From Ostrea edulis (taxonomy: Eukaryota): DNA of 64,000 nt. Of this stretch, positions 47,850-60,920 are shown one piece after another (the stretch's first letter is position 1; each line of letters opens with the position of its first letter). The position numbers and the translations under genes are program-made. A model generated the notes under the pieces. It saw only the letters and a list, made by a program, of their open reading frames with translations. It searched no databases and was not told the origin of the DNA. The stretch lies in the NCBI RefSeq assembly GCF_947568905.1, contig NC_079172.1, positions 60,202,001-60,266,000 on the forward strand. Reading direction: 5' to 3'.

Positions 47850-50800
47850 ATGTCTACATACTCTCCCACTGTCTCTATGTACTCTCCTATAAATCTTTGT
47901 TTTCCGACTGGCAGAAATCCAACAACCTAGGAAAAATAGAATGTTATACGTGCCTTCAAGGTGATTATACATAACATTTGATTTCTCCAAAAATAAAAAG
48001 GGAATTACAAAATTGAGACGATTGATTAATTTTGGTAACTCAATCAACAATCACGTCTTTGTTCACTGTTAACGAACTAGCACTAAAAAGGAAGAAAAAG
48101 GGGAAAGAAGAAAAACAAGAAAGAGAGAAAAAAGACCACCTCTATCACAATAACTGAATAATACACATCCCTTTCTGATGCCTTCTCCATTACAAAGGTC
48201 AATTATTTGATGGCTAAACATCTTACGATGCCAGTATATTATGATATCAAGAGATTGCAGTGCGGTATGATATTCGCCAATTATCAATCTTTAGATAAGA
48301 GGAAAACAACAAATAACAGAATTGGACTACGTAAAGCATTTGTGTAGAATTTTTATAGATTCCTCTACAGCAAGGACGTTTCAAATTTCCATTACATACA
48401 CTGTACACGTGTTGTATTAAAAGATCAAATGCAGTTTTAATATAAGTTGTTAAAAAATTTACCTGCCTCTGTAGATACATCTTATCATGGAAAACAGAAT
48501 AATTCATCAACATCTGTAACGTGCGATGCCTATATAAAGAACTATCGGTATGCCATGAGCAGACTGATAATACAATTATTTGAAAGGGGGGGGGGGGGGG
48601 GTCATTACTAATTTGACTTATAAACCTTCACGTTTAAGCCCTTTCAACAAAATATCCATATTTAATTTTCTTCTAAAAACTTTGGGGATCATGACCCCCG
48701 GTTACCACCCCTGGATCTACGTTTGCATACTCTATGTACATGTACAAGGAAATATTCGCCTCGTTTTATTTTAGCCCTTTTCACTCTCGTTGTCAGTGGA
48801 CAAATTTAAGACTGCATGGGGAAACTGTTTTCTTTCTTGTTTCTCTTTTAACACAACTGTGTCTGGGCGACTTTAAAACGGGGAGAAAACATCTACATGT
48901 GCAGAGGGGCGAAAATAACACGGGGCGAATATAACCCCGTATACAGTAGATGCAAGTACGCACAGGCAGCGCGAATATATAACTTGGTATTTTAAAGTTA
49001 TGTGGTCCTAATTAGACAAATTTTCTTCTCCTTTTATAAACAGTTAGTTTGTCGCAAGTATGTATTTACAAGGATGTCCATCATGCCTTATATTATTACA
49101 AATTTTGTTGGTTTTAAATCGATGTTTAAAAACAACTTTAAATTCTACTTTGTGTAATAGCACTAAGTTTTGATAATCTATTACTGACAAATAGATGCTT
49201 CTATATTCATACATATTTATATCTTAGACCCACCCCTTTATTTACACCCTTATACATATATACACTTACAATTAATATACATGTACCTTGGGGGCTTTGG
49301 TCATGGATCTGAGTGTGGTCATTTTGTATGAAGGGTTTTTATTGGTCAGTGATTGTCAAGTTGCATTTGGTTGGTTTTCTCCAGTTCTATAGTTTTACCG
49401 CCAGTTTTGAGTAGTATTAATATTATTCAGAAGCTAGGTAGACATTTGAATTTACGTGATTTTTTAGAAAGAGCTTAAAACTTATATGCAGCAGACTGCA
49501 AAATCCTTGATTTCTGGTATGTAACTTATCTATACTAATTCATATTGCCACTAGTTAATTAAAAGTCTATTCTGTATATTTGCAATATAAACTTCCACTT
49601 CGCACTTTTACTAAATGACTGAAAGAATGAATGAATGGGTCAATTTTTTTCCATAAGAATTCAGTTATATATACAAATCAGTATATATAGATTTTATGCT
49701 TATCAAAAGAATTTGTTGCTTTGTTCAAAATTTAATGAACAATTTGATATTTAGTTTAATTTATAAAAGTGATTTTACATTGTACATACATGGTACTTTA
49801 TCGAATTATAGAGTAAATCCTGATATTTTGTCCGAGCTGTAAATTTTCGGAGAGAAGCTTCTTCCCATAGAAGGGTATGACAATATTGTTGTTTTACTTG
49901 ATTAATTACTTTTTATGAATATTTACGGGAGAAATACTATTTTGCAAAATGATGTATCTTGAGAGTTATCTCCCTTAAATGATAAACGTATCTTGATGGA
50001 AATCAGTAGGATTAAATATCGTTTAGCACACTAGGCTTTGACTGTTAAGTTAGTATTATATCGTTGTTGTATCATATTTCAGGGCTATCTTTAGTGATAT
50101 ACTGTGAAGTCAAATCACTGTGTCCGAATAAATATATATTGAGACCTGAACCCTACAGGCGTGTCGTCAGTCCTACTTGTTGGAAGAAACCCTGTTACAT
50201 TTGTCATCTGTAATGCATATTCAAGAGACAGTCATGTGACCATATCAGACGACAACGAACATGGATACAGAAGAAAGAACATCGATGTACTTGAGACTGT
50301 ACAGATTTGTGTAAGACGATTTGTTTCGTGTTTATTCCCTCAACAAACTTGAACGATCGGTTTTCTTTCTTAACGCTATACTTCACCATTTACATAGAAG
50401 TGGTGCGCAGGAGTTCCCAACATCATCAACAAACGTATCTAGGGGTTTCCTCACTATACTACACAAATAACATTTCCACCAAAATTTTCTGTGAAATGCA
50501 AATGTTTTCAGGGATAAAAGATCCATAATCTGAAATGTCAGCGACACTCGCCTCTAATGTCTAAGTGTATTGTAATGAAAGAACCAGTCGACCTCTGCTG
50601 ATTTTGAGTGTTAGATCCAATTTCGCCAGCACCAGCCATAAAACGAACGCAGTCTATCGACCAACAGAAATGAACGTCCAGTCTGCTGACCTCCGTTCTG
50701 CTGACCAACAATGTCGGTCCAACGAAAACAAAACGTACACGCAATTTTAAGACTTTAATCAACAAGTAATAAAAAGAAGTATATATATATATATATATAT

Positions 50801-51268
50801 AGATAAAAAACATCACCCTGATTGTATATCTCATACGATAATCTTCATAAAATCTATAGGCAATTCGTTGTGCACACCTAAATATTCTAACAGTGCATTG
50901 CATAATAACATGTGAAAGACTCGAACCTTTGAAATACCGGGTATGCTACTGCTACTGATTTTGGCAAGTAATTGGAATGGCTTCAGATCTATTTCAAGGA
51001 CAAGTATCTGAATGGTGTAAAATGAACTGGCACAGAATGTTCCATCAATGTATCATAATATTTTAGAGAGGTGCAGAAATGTATAAGAAAAATGGACACT
51101 CTGATTGTCCTGTTGGATTTCGATACGCTGCTCCATTCTAGTGTTTCATAAAATGCGATGTTAAGTGACTTGTACTGCAATAATTCTTATATATAAGGAG
51201 GCGATTGACTAGAAATGTAGCACGTGATCAACGCCCGGAACGGACATATCCTCCTAGTCTAGGTTGAT

Positions 51269-52234
51269 TTAATTTTCGGTCTTGGAACATATTGTTTGTC
51301 TTTTAAAGGTGGAATAGAAATAATTAACAGTCAATAGATCTGCCACACATATCAGCGCTATGATGCCAAAGGTGTTCCACAATGAGGGTGGAGGCCGAGG
51401 CACTACGAATGCCTGTCGGAACTTGATGTCCCAGACGACGCCGTCCACGTGACTTTGTGTAGAGAGGACAAGAAGGATGTGGAAAATCTGGTGACTGTTT
51501 CCGATGAAGTCAAAGGTCCCTGGAGAAAGGCGCTCTGGAATTTTAGTAGAATAAAAGAAGCAGACGCCGATCATACTGATCATCTGCTTGAGGTGGTGGG
51601 CAATACCCTCCGTCCACTCCGAGTTCCACATCCGATGTAGGATCGGGAAATTGGATAGAATGTAGATTAAGCCTAAACCGGAAACTATTAAAGCCGTTCG
51701 TCTTCTGGAATGAAGATCGTGAACAATGGCTTTGGACATGGATCCAAAAGCACAACTAAGCACGGCTAGAATTGACCCGAAGTAAAACACATTTCTAAGA
51801 AGAACGGAATCCAGGAAGTACTGATCCAAGGAATAATAGTAGTGCGTCAATATAGTCCCGTAACCATAGAGACCAGTACACGCAAAGTCAGCCATAAACA
51901 TGCAACAATTAACATCCATTGACTTATGAGAAAACATATGAGCGGCGCTACTCGTCAGAAACATAACCGTGAAAGACATGACCGCAGCCAGGAGGGGCCA
52001 CGTGTACGGGTCAAATAGGTCAAAGGTGACGGAGATCTGATAAAGACGTGACGTCATGACTAGCGTACCCACCACGTGAGTCCAGACGTTGAGAGTTTCC
52101 ATGTTGTTGTAGAAGACGCTGTACAGATAGAATCTCCATGGCTGGTAGAGATATCGGTACCCAGTCTCGACGTATGGCACGTGGAAGTAGGTGGGCACTT
52201 GAGATTTGCTGAGGGTCTTTTTATACAACTCCGC
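51269..52234 (-). CDS. PAQR family protein, membrane progestin receptor-like, paralog B, main coding exon
   Basis: Same motifs (ETLNVWTH, SSAAH, PERLSPGTFDFIGNSHQIFH). Acceptor ttacag|GCG at 52234 is homologous to the paralog A exon start, so the ORF-track ATG at 52243 is probably intronic. Confidence 0.92.
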   Translation of the reverse strand, partial: AELYKKTLSKSQVPTYFHVPYVETGYRYLYQPWRFYLYSVFYNNMETLNVWTHVVGTLVMTSRLYQISVTFDLFDPYTWPLLAAVMSFTVMFLTSSAAHMFSHKSMDVNCCMFMADFACTGLYGYGTILTHYYYSLDQYFLDSVLLRNVFYFGSILAVLSCAFGSMSKAIVHDLHSRRRTALIVSGLGLIYILSNFPILHRMWNSEWTEGIAHHLKQMISMIGVCFFYSTKIPERLSPGTFDFIGNSHQIFHILLVLSTQSHVDGVVWDIKFRQAFVVPRPPPSLWNTFGIIALICVADLLTVNYFYSTFKRQTICSKTEN

Positions 52235-52921
52235 CTGTAACATAAAAAGCGTCGATTATGAAATAAAGTAAATGAATGGGCATCTTGATTTTGTTCAAGC
52301 ACGGCTGTTATACAAACAAACAATCAACCAACCTATTCTGATCGCCAAATGCTTTTGACGTATACCGGAGAACGTGTGCGCGGATTCACAAGTTTTTTGG
52401 GGGCGCATTTGCGGGATGGGTCTATACTGAAGTACTCTACAACTTTTTAAGTTGCCGAACATAAGCAAGAATGATATTTTAGACAAACCTCGGGTGGAGG
52501 TCCCTCTCTGTAGAGTTGAGAGACAGTGACGCTAGGGGATGGGAACCAGGAAAGCAAGTGCTTTTGATCGACTATAGAAAAAGTTCTAACATTCTAATAC
52601 AAGTGTAAAAACAGATCTTCTGTTCATTTACATTGACGGACTTTCAACACTCATCTCCTTTCTACAAGATTTTCTAAAATAATATTTTGATAATATTTAT
52701 TGCAAACGTCACTCACAGTAGTTACGTGTCGTGCCCGCGTTATGTTTATTATGATTTACACGATGCAAGTAGCATTGCACGAAAATTTCCGGGCGCTATT
52801 CAAAACTAATGAAAAGTCAAAAAAAAAAGAAAAAAAAAAAGAGAAGAGTTTTGTTGTGATAAAACAATTCTGCTGATTGCAGATACAAAATCAACAGTAC
52901 AGGCGAGGCGATAAACAATGA

Positions 52922-53075
52922 ATACATGCTATATATAGACTATACTGTGTTTATACATGCTATATATAGACTATACTGTGTTTATACATGCTATATATAG
53001 ACTATACTGTGTTTATACATGCTATATATAGACTATACTGTGTTTATACATGCTATATATAGACTATACTGTGTT
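52922..53075. repeat. 31-bp x5 repeat
   Basis: Unit ATACATGCTATATATAGACTATACTGTGTTT. Confidence 0.93.
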
Positions 53076-53089
53076 TAAACAAATCAAAC

Positions 53090-53600
53090 CAGCGTATGCT
53101 GCAACCAGGCGTTTACCGTCAGCGGGAGGTAGCAAGACGGTTATCTTTAAAATGTTCATTCCTGTACAAGCCGGTTGTTGCGATGGTAGGTTTATGGCTG
53201 CTGAGACTACGGCGATACACGCACGTGAGGGACAGGTTTACGGCTGTTGTGACAACGGCGATATACGCACGTGCGGGATAGGTGTACGGCTGTTGTGACT
53301 ACGGCGAGACACGCATGTGTGGGATATCATAGGCTTACGGCTGTTGTGACTACGGCGAGAGACGCACGTGAGGGATAGGTTTACGACTGTTGTGACTACG
53401 GCGAGGCACGCACGTGCGGGATATGTTTACGGTTGTTGTGACTACGGCGAGACACGCACGTGCGGGGTATGCTTACTGCTGTGTGACTACGGCGAGACAA
53501 GCGATTGGACGTCATGGTAGGTCTATTCATCCTAGAACAGTATCCAGAATATTGAAACGTCATGGAATCCGCTGCAGAAGACATTACAAACGGGTTACAA
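53090..53600 (+). pseudogene. Degenerate Tc1/mariner transposase N-terminal fragment interrupted by a ~45-bp minisatellite
   Basis: Broken frames give MLQPGVYRQREVARR, THVRDRFTAVVTTA and TARQAIGRHGRSIHPRTVSRILKRHGIRCRR, typical of Tc1 HTH regions. Frameshifted, and no DDE domain is visible. Confidence 0.7.
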
Positions 53601-53849
53601 CTTAAGCATCATCACCAACATTACAGGGTGCAAAGGGCCAGACAGAAGCTGAATTATCACTAAATCTGGACACGGTTCTCTTCGACGATAAATTTTAAAT
53701 TTAGTAATACTGACGGTATAGCTCGAGTCTACCGTCGTACACAAGAAAGGGCTGTTCACGGAAAAGCATCGGTGAGGTCACATTATATGATTATACGATT
53801 ATACGCCTGAAACCAATACAATTTTGTATACTTAAACTGTGGGTAGGTT

Positions 53850-54095
53850 CCAATAAATCCCGTCGTAATTTTTCACTCATATTGAGACGTCACCAGCTGT
53901 AAGTGAAGTGCCACAAATTTAAACCTATGCTCAGCGCTCAGGGCCGTAGCAACGAGGGTTCTTGAACGTGCCAACGCCTGCCGCGACACGGGACCTCCGT
54001 TTTTACGGTCATACCCGAAAGACCCAGGAGTCCAGCATTTGGTGAATGTGCAATCACTAACTATGTTTACGTCTTAGGTTTAACGCGGTTACAAA
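53850..54095 (-). mobile_element. SINE, same family, 5'-truncated
   Basis: Reverse complement matches the core and tail of the 12825 copy. Confidence 0.8.
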
Positions 54096-57028
54096 GCTAA
54101 CGCTCTATAGACATTTTATGAAAGTTTGAATCATATCAGCTTTACCGATTTATAATCGCTCATTATGGATGGTAAGCATTTTTTAAAAAAGTTAAAACCG
54201 GAAAAGTCATTCGACGTCATGGAGCACCGCGCTGTTACAGACCTACCGACCGGGAAATCAGCGGTCGACCCCCCCCCCCCACCCCCACACCCACACACAC
54301 ACCCACACCACATAGCCTGAATCTCGCACCTATAACCTATGAATTCTGCATTGTTTCCCTCTGCGTGGTCAGCACTTCTCGGATCTATATGAGGTAAAAT
54401 ACGCAACAATAATAACTAGTCATGTTATTGCAATACATTTTACAAGTGGATGAAATGACAAGTGTGTCTTTGAAAACAAAGACTAAGAGTGGACATTTTT
54501 GAAAAGAGGGTGTTGCTAAAACGTGGAACGGAAAACTTTAATTTTTCTAATGTAATATAACGTAGCCTATCAATGCACAAGGCCGTTTTGAGCATGAGCA
54601 TAGGTCAACATTTTGCAGCCCTTCACCGGTAATGGTGTCAAACGTCTTTATGCAAGTGAAAAATTCTCGAGCAATGTCAATAATTTGGTTGAAGAAAGCA
54701 ACAACTTAAATTATTACTCTAAATTGTATCAGAGGTGTATCTAATTCATATAATATGATTAATTAATTCAAATTTCTTATGTCACAATACTAGCATATTT
54801 ATTTAATGAAAATATAGAGTGCATACATTCAGCAATCAGCAGCGTTATACGATTCAAAACTCTTCCAAAAATATGTGCGCATCAAATGAATGTAGCATAT
54901 TTCCAAGTACATTTAAGGTTGCTCCATCCTCATGTGACTTATCAATATTAATGGTTAAAAGTGGAAAAACTTTATTAATTTCCACTCAATATAGTTTTAT
55001 TCAATTAATTACCAAAGAAAATGTATATGTTACCACCTTTTTAAACATGTCAGAGATACAAAACCAGAAGTATACATCAACATCAGAAATCACACATTTT
55101 CGTTAAACAGAATAATAAAAATAGATAAAAACTTGTTGAAATGACAAAATTTAAATATCAACAGTTTTAAAACACTGCTAATTCATAAATATGTATAGAT
55201 TAATTGTGGATATTAGGGAAACCGATGTATAATAGACATCCAGTAGAGGAAATTCCAGCATAGGAGTTATTGCCCTTGACAACATTTTTTAAATCATAAA
55301 TAATTGATTATCTCTGGAAAATATAAACTTTTTCAGTATTATTAGTTTACCAGATATTTTATTATATCCAGTGAATAACATACCTCAGAAAGATATATTT
55401 CTATCAGGTGCAAAGTTTAATTTATTAAGATTTTTGCAAAAACTTATGACATCACATGAGGATACGATACAATTTATGTGCATTGTGTGTAAACTGTAAT
55501 AGCATCATGATATTTCAAGAAAATTGTTGTTGTTAAGAATAAGAACCTTATTAAAGATTCTACTAAACACGACGCTGAAGGTGGACACGCCCGGTATTAG
55601 TAACCAAAATCACATTTTCGAAGCACCCACTCTTGACTTCCATTTTTAAACATGTAGCCTCTCAAGGAATAACAATGACATTTAAAATCAATGGTGATTA
55701 AACTCTTCTCATAAAAGATTACCCGGTTTATATCATGAATAAATATTTGTTTATTGAATCAATGAATAACACAGAAACATTACGCATTACTGCTATGTAA
55801 AGTCCGCCAGTATATACATGTATAAATAGAGATCCTGGTTCTTCCTTGGATGCAAAATGTGTTCGAGCACCGTTGCTCTTGACGTTGGACTTTAATTAAA
55901 TAAATAATTACATTGTTCAATAAACCATTTGTTTGGGGTTTTAAAATCATGAATCATGCTTCATACCAATACATGTTGGATGGTTGTTTTTTTTTGGGTT
56001 TTTTTGTGTTCGGTCTAACGTATACTAGTGGATTTTACTTGGGTATTTTCTCAATATTTTGTTTAATAATAATAAAAAAAGCACAGGTGTCAGACATAAG
56101 CTTATTGAATTTCGTTTCTGTCAACAGCATTTCTGATTAAATTGAATAATATTTTATTGGTGAATTTTGCGTATTGATGCGAAAGGAGGGGGGGGGGGGG
56201 GTCTACTCTGCAAGTCTACGATATAGAACTTCGTCTCTTTTATTTCCAGAAGGGACGGATGGGGAGGGGGGGGGGGGCGTGGCGGGTTTCCGTGGCCCCA
56301 ATTCTGAAAACGATACCCCCAAACATCACGACATCTAACCGACATGTTCACCTAAGAGATATATATATATATATTACGACATTCATGAATATGTATATAT
56401 CGTTATGTAATCAGAAGATCCGATACACATCCGATTCACTGAGCAACATCACTTCGGTATCAGATCTGGCGGTTTTCTTCACACCACAACAGGAAACTTT
56501 CAATAACGTAGATGTCGTGGAATGATAATTAGGGTAATTTCCTCGTTTACAAGCCCCTCGTCCTATGTGTATTTAATTGACCTACACCCAGAGGATTAGA
56601 AATATTTCCAAGTTAAATCTCAAAAAGCTATATAAACTGTCAACGAAACCCCAGACTTTGCAGAAACACTACCCACCTCCAAGATAAACACACACCACCC
56701 CCTCATTTCACTGCTTCCCTGGATCAATGGTTTTTCAGTAGTGGTGAATGAATGTAGTACATTCTTAACATTCCTACACATGTCAACATTAGATCTAAAC
56801 AATGTCACACTGTGACGAGCTACGAGTGAAAAAAAAAGTATGCCCAGAAAAATCATTGACAAGACAAACCAGTATCTAATTCTACCTACCATGAGACCGG
56901 CCACGCACCTGTCCACACCTGACAACGTCGGCGTTCCGAGACACAATTTTTAAAACCTTGTCATAATATAGACCGCGAACGAATGCATATTACAGTGGTT
57001 TAGCGATATCGCCCCGAACCTTACATAC

Positions 57029-57031
57029 CAT
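57029..57031 (-). CDS. Candidate ATG-only coding end of the first exon of PAQR paralog B
   Basis: Minus strand caggagATG|gtatgtaag in a CpG-richer region. A phase-0 join gives MAELYKK, parallel to MALYKK in paralog A. Inferred. Confidence 0.5.
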
Positions 57032-58059
57032 CTCCTGACGTAACGCTTCCTCGGCTCACGGGTAAGGATGTAATATGCAGTTGACGCTTGATCGATTTCA
57101 CCGGGTATTTCGTACCGTATATTGTGTGTATGTAAAATCTACGTCTAGGGCACGGCGCGGATCAACTTTTATTCATACAAGGATGGGCTTAAATCAAGTT
57201 CATGAGCTCTAAGTTGCGTGACCTCTTCTAGGATTCTTCACACCGGTAATTTCTGTCGCTTGTCAATGTCCTGTAACGGGTCACTGATTTAAAACCACTT
57301 TTTAAAAAATATTTTTTTTACTTCGATCAGTCGCGGCCCTCGTAATAGCAAAGGCGGACCTAGGAAGTTCTGAAAGGCAGTCCGATCGATTAGGAGGCAC
57401 AAACATATGTTTCTATCACTAATAAAAAATTAATAACTGAAACAAGTGCCAAGGGACACACGAAAACGCCAGTGTCTTAGCGTTTTGAACTTCATTAACA
57501 CGATTATATGTAAACCCGTTAGTTATGCAGCACACATATTAACAGGAAATATTTTTATTACTCCTATTGTCATTATTTCTGGTCAGTAACATTTTACTAA
57601 GCAGTATTTCGTACTGTATCCATCCACGATTAATACGTCACCAACAACGATTCCAAAACGGTTTCTTGTCACGGATAACAATCTTCTGTGAACGGTGAGA
57701 ACACGCAATAACGCAATAAACTAGAGTCTGCACGCACCGAGTACCTGCTTAATATCGATAGAATTGAAATGTGTTGCATGATATATCTTCTCAGAGGCCG
57801 ATAAAATGCCCCCCCCCCCCCCCCAAAAAAAACCCCAAAGGCTAATTTTTTGAAACTCCACCAACAAAAAATTAATATGACACCAATTATAATGTTTTGT
57901 TTTCAATTCAGGCTTATATTACCTTGAATTTATGGCAATACTATAAAACATCAATTTAAAATATTACACGTAACTTCATTTGTTAATTTGTTCGCAATGC
58001 CATCAACTTTGCGATGAAATTCAGGCTGTAACCTATACCTGTCCACTTCTTAAAGAAAA

Positions 58060-58160
58060 TATTGCCCCATGACTTACTAGTATTTAGAAATTTAAAGAGA
58101 ATATTGACCCATGACTTACTAGTATTTAGAAATTTAAAGAGAATATTGACCCATGACTTA
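58060..58160. repeat. 42-bp x3 repeat (last copy partial)
   Basis: Unit ATATTGACCCATGACTTACTAGTATTTAGAAATTTAAAGAGA. Confidence 0.9.
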
Positions 58161-59095
58161 CTAGTATTTAGAAATTTAATGTCGGTTATTGTGTTTTGTT
58201 TTGTTGCATTATTAGCTGAATTGCATATTTGGAAAGCTATTTCCTTAAAAATCATAAAATTATGGTTGACTATTTTTGTCTGCAAAGAATTAGATGAAAT
58301 TGAACATGAGTTCCAAGTTTTACTTGTATGTACAATATATCAAGAAATACTACTGCCGAAGACCAAGTGTCTTAGCACAAATGCTAAAGAATTGACTAAT
58401 TTAGGAAAATATTTGTTCTTTTAAAAAAAGAATTACGATTACGATATTTAAAAAATCAATAATTGATGTTCTTATACCATGTATGTAATTATATTGTACA
58501 TGTATACCTATACTTTGTATATGTATTGTAATACCTACGAGATGTTCCGTCTCGTGAATAAAGAAAAACTGAAACTATTTCCTTTTCTGGGGTCAATCAA
58601 CGTAACATTATGTAAGGTGTCTCATGTAATGTTGCCGAATGAAAACGATAGGCGTACTGTATTCCCATCCAATGCGCAAGTCATCTGTACTGTCTGTAAT
58701 ACGTCATTGGTCAGAAAAGCATTGATATTGAGCTTCTCTGGGCATTGAACACAACGAAAAACAGAAGATAAGGACTTTGGATACTCAATAAGAATGTGAT
58801 CTGGCTGTAGAGGTTAATATAGATATAATGTTCTGTCGTTAAAGTGATAATGTCCCACGGGCCTGTCCCGAGACACAGATTATTCTACTAAGGTTAATAT
58901 GATTGCTACATGTAAAGCACTGATACGGCACGGTATGTAACAACGAGACGGTGTGTAGCAATTTGTTACATACCGTAGCACGAATGGCGACGCCATGTAA
59001 CAACTTTTTTAAAGTTACATAACATCGCCATTTGTGCTACGCTTTGTAACAAATTGTTACATATCATGCGGGGACTGCACCTTTTTTGGGTGATT

Positions 59096-59131
<36 letters not shown>

Positions 59132-60601
59132 ATGTCTTGTAGATTCCTTTTAATCATTGTGTTTGTGAGTAGGTAGCTATGTGTGTCTTTCATGGAAATC
59201 CACACTCAACATGTTCAGGTCAATACTAAAACCACAAAAACACTCGGATACCCCTTGGATGCGGAGGTTTTGAGGTTTCTGCTTAAAAACCGCGAAGGTA
59301 GTGCATAACAGGCATCTCACCTATTGCCCATTGGGGCCAATACTCAGGCTTTTCTCTCCCCCCCCCTCTCTCTCTCTCTCTTTGTTCTTTTCATCTACAT
59401 CACTTGGTTGTCCCGCGCTCTCTGAAGACTTTCTCTCTCTCTCCTCTCATTCTCTTGGTATATGTACAATAAAATAATTCATTCCATTCACTCCCCCTCT
59501 CTCTAACTGTCCAGGCAACCAAAGAACCTAAATCTATCTATCTATTTACCTAATCTATCTACATGTATCTATCTATTTACCTAATCTATAACTATCTATC
59601 TATATCAATTAATCAATCAAATTAATCAAGGAATTAATAAATCTAGCACATTCATCTTTACAGTGTATTTTCAGAATTATTTCCTTTTGTATTCCCAGAT
59701 ATGCTTTCAGGAAACTCATTGACATGATCACTCGTTCGTTCGTTCCATGTCGGTATCGGACGCCGTGGGTGTTGCGAAAACGCGGAACGGAAAACGGAAA
59801 TTTCGAAATTGGAACAATTAAAATGTAGCTAAGATAACATAAAAATTGTCAAGATTCTTGGAATTATTGTTCTATCTATACAACAAATACAAGGTTGAAA
59901 AATGTATTGTGTATCAGAATTTAGAAATACAAAAATTTGAAAATACCTGGCATGTATGGAAAACACTTTTTGACAACATAAAAAAATCATAATTTCGCTA
60001 CTTCAAGCAATGTTTTTTCCCCTACTTTTGAAGCCACATGTACTTTTATCTATTTACTCGAGCTCTATACTGTTATCATTTTTCTCTTACAATTATATTA
60101 AAAATGCAAGCACTTACCAACAAATGTATGAGTGTGAGTATGAAAGTGGTTAGAAAAAAAATGGCAAATGTTCTTCTGTCTTATGTCAATATTTGTGAAA
60201 TAAAAAATTAATAAATAATAAAAAAAAAAAGAAAAGATAACATAAAAAAATCGGACAAATAAGTTTTATTTTGATTAAAATAAAAATTTAGGAATTTGTT
60301 CACAAGCGGTAAAAACTATTTTTATATCTTATATTCTGCACCATGAATTGATTAAAGCTAAGTTGAATGTTTGTATAAAAGTTTTCAAAGCGTTTTACAA
60401 GAATCTTGTAATTTCCGCACTGATAGAGGTGTTACATGTAGCGAGCAGAGGTTAGAGAATGGAAAGAATATACAGGGTTTATACCCCCTCCCTTCCGTGG
60501 CAAAATGTCTTTAACGCACGTGCATTTACACATAACGCTGTGTATACTTACATGTACATTGTTCATGGACTTTATGAAGATATATTTAGCATTCAGCAAT
60601 A

Positions 60602-60920
60602 CACGTATCAACACTTCGCCGCAAGTTACGTCCCTTTGCGGGGTCAGCCAAAGGTCAATCGGTGAAAAACCCAGTTTTCCTTCTTTACCTTACCAAATGT
60701 AAGATGTTATTACTTTGAATTTTAGCCAATTACCAAGTTTTCATACAAGTTAATGGGTTGCCCCAATCTGGGGCATATTGTAGTTGACTGCAATTGATGG
60801 AAAAATAACAGATGTCAAAGCTACAGATAGGAAAATTACAAAGGCCAACGTAGGGAAATACGATTTTTATCCGGAAGATGGCGGACAAGGGACGTAACTT
60901 TCGCGAAGTGTTGATACGTG
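60602..60920. mobile_element. 319-bp MITE with TA flanks
   Basis: ~36-bp TIR CACGTATCAACACTTCGC...GTTACGTCCCTT / AAGGGACGTAAC...GCGAAGTGTTGATACGTG, with TA on both sides. Confidence 0.75.

Noticed and set aside
46795-47974. Three long ORFs with RGPESTRV, SGLRTPDT and VSGVLSPL repeats
   Set aside because: A 24-bp repeat open in several frames on both strands inside a TIR element; there is no unique coding sequence or splice support.
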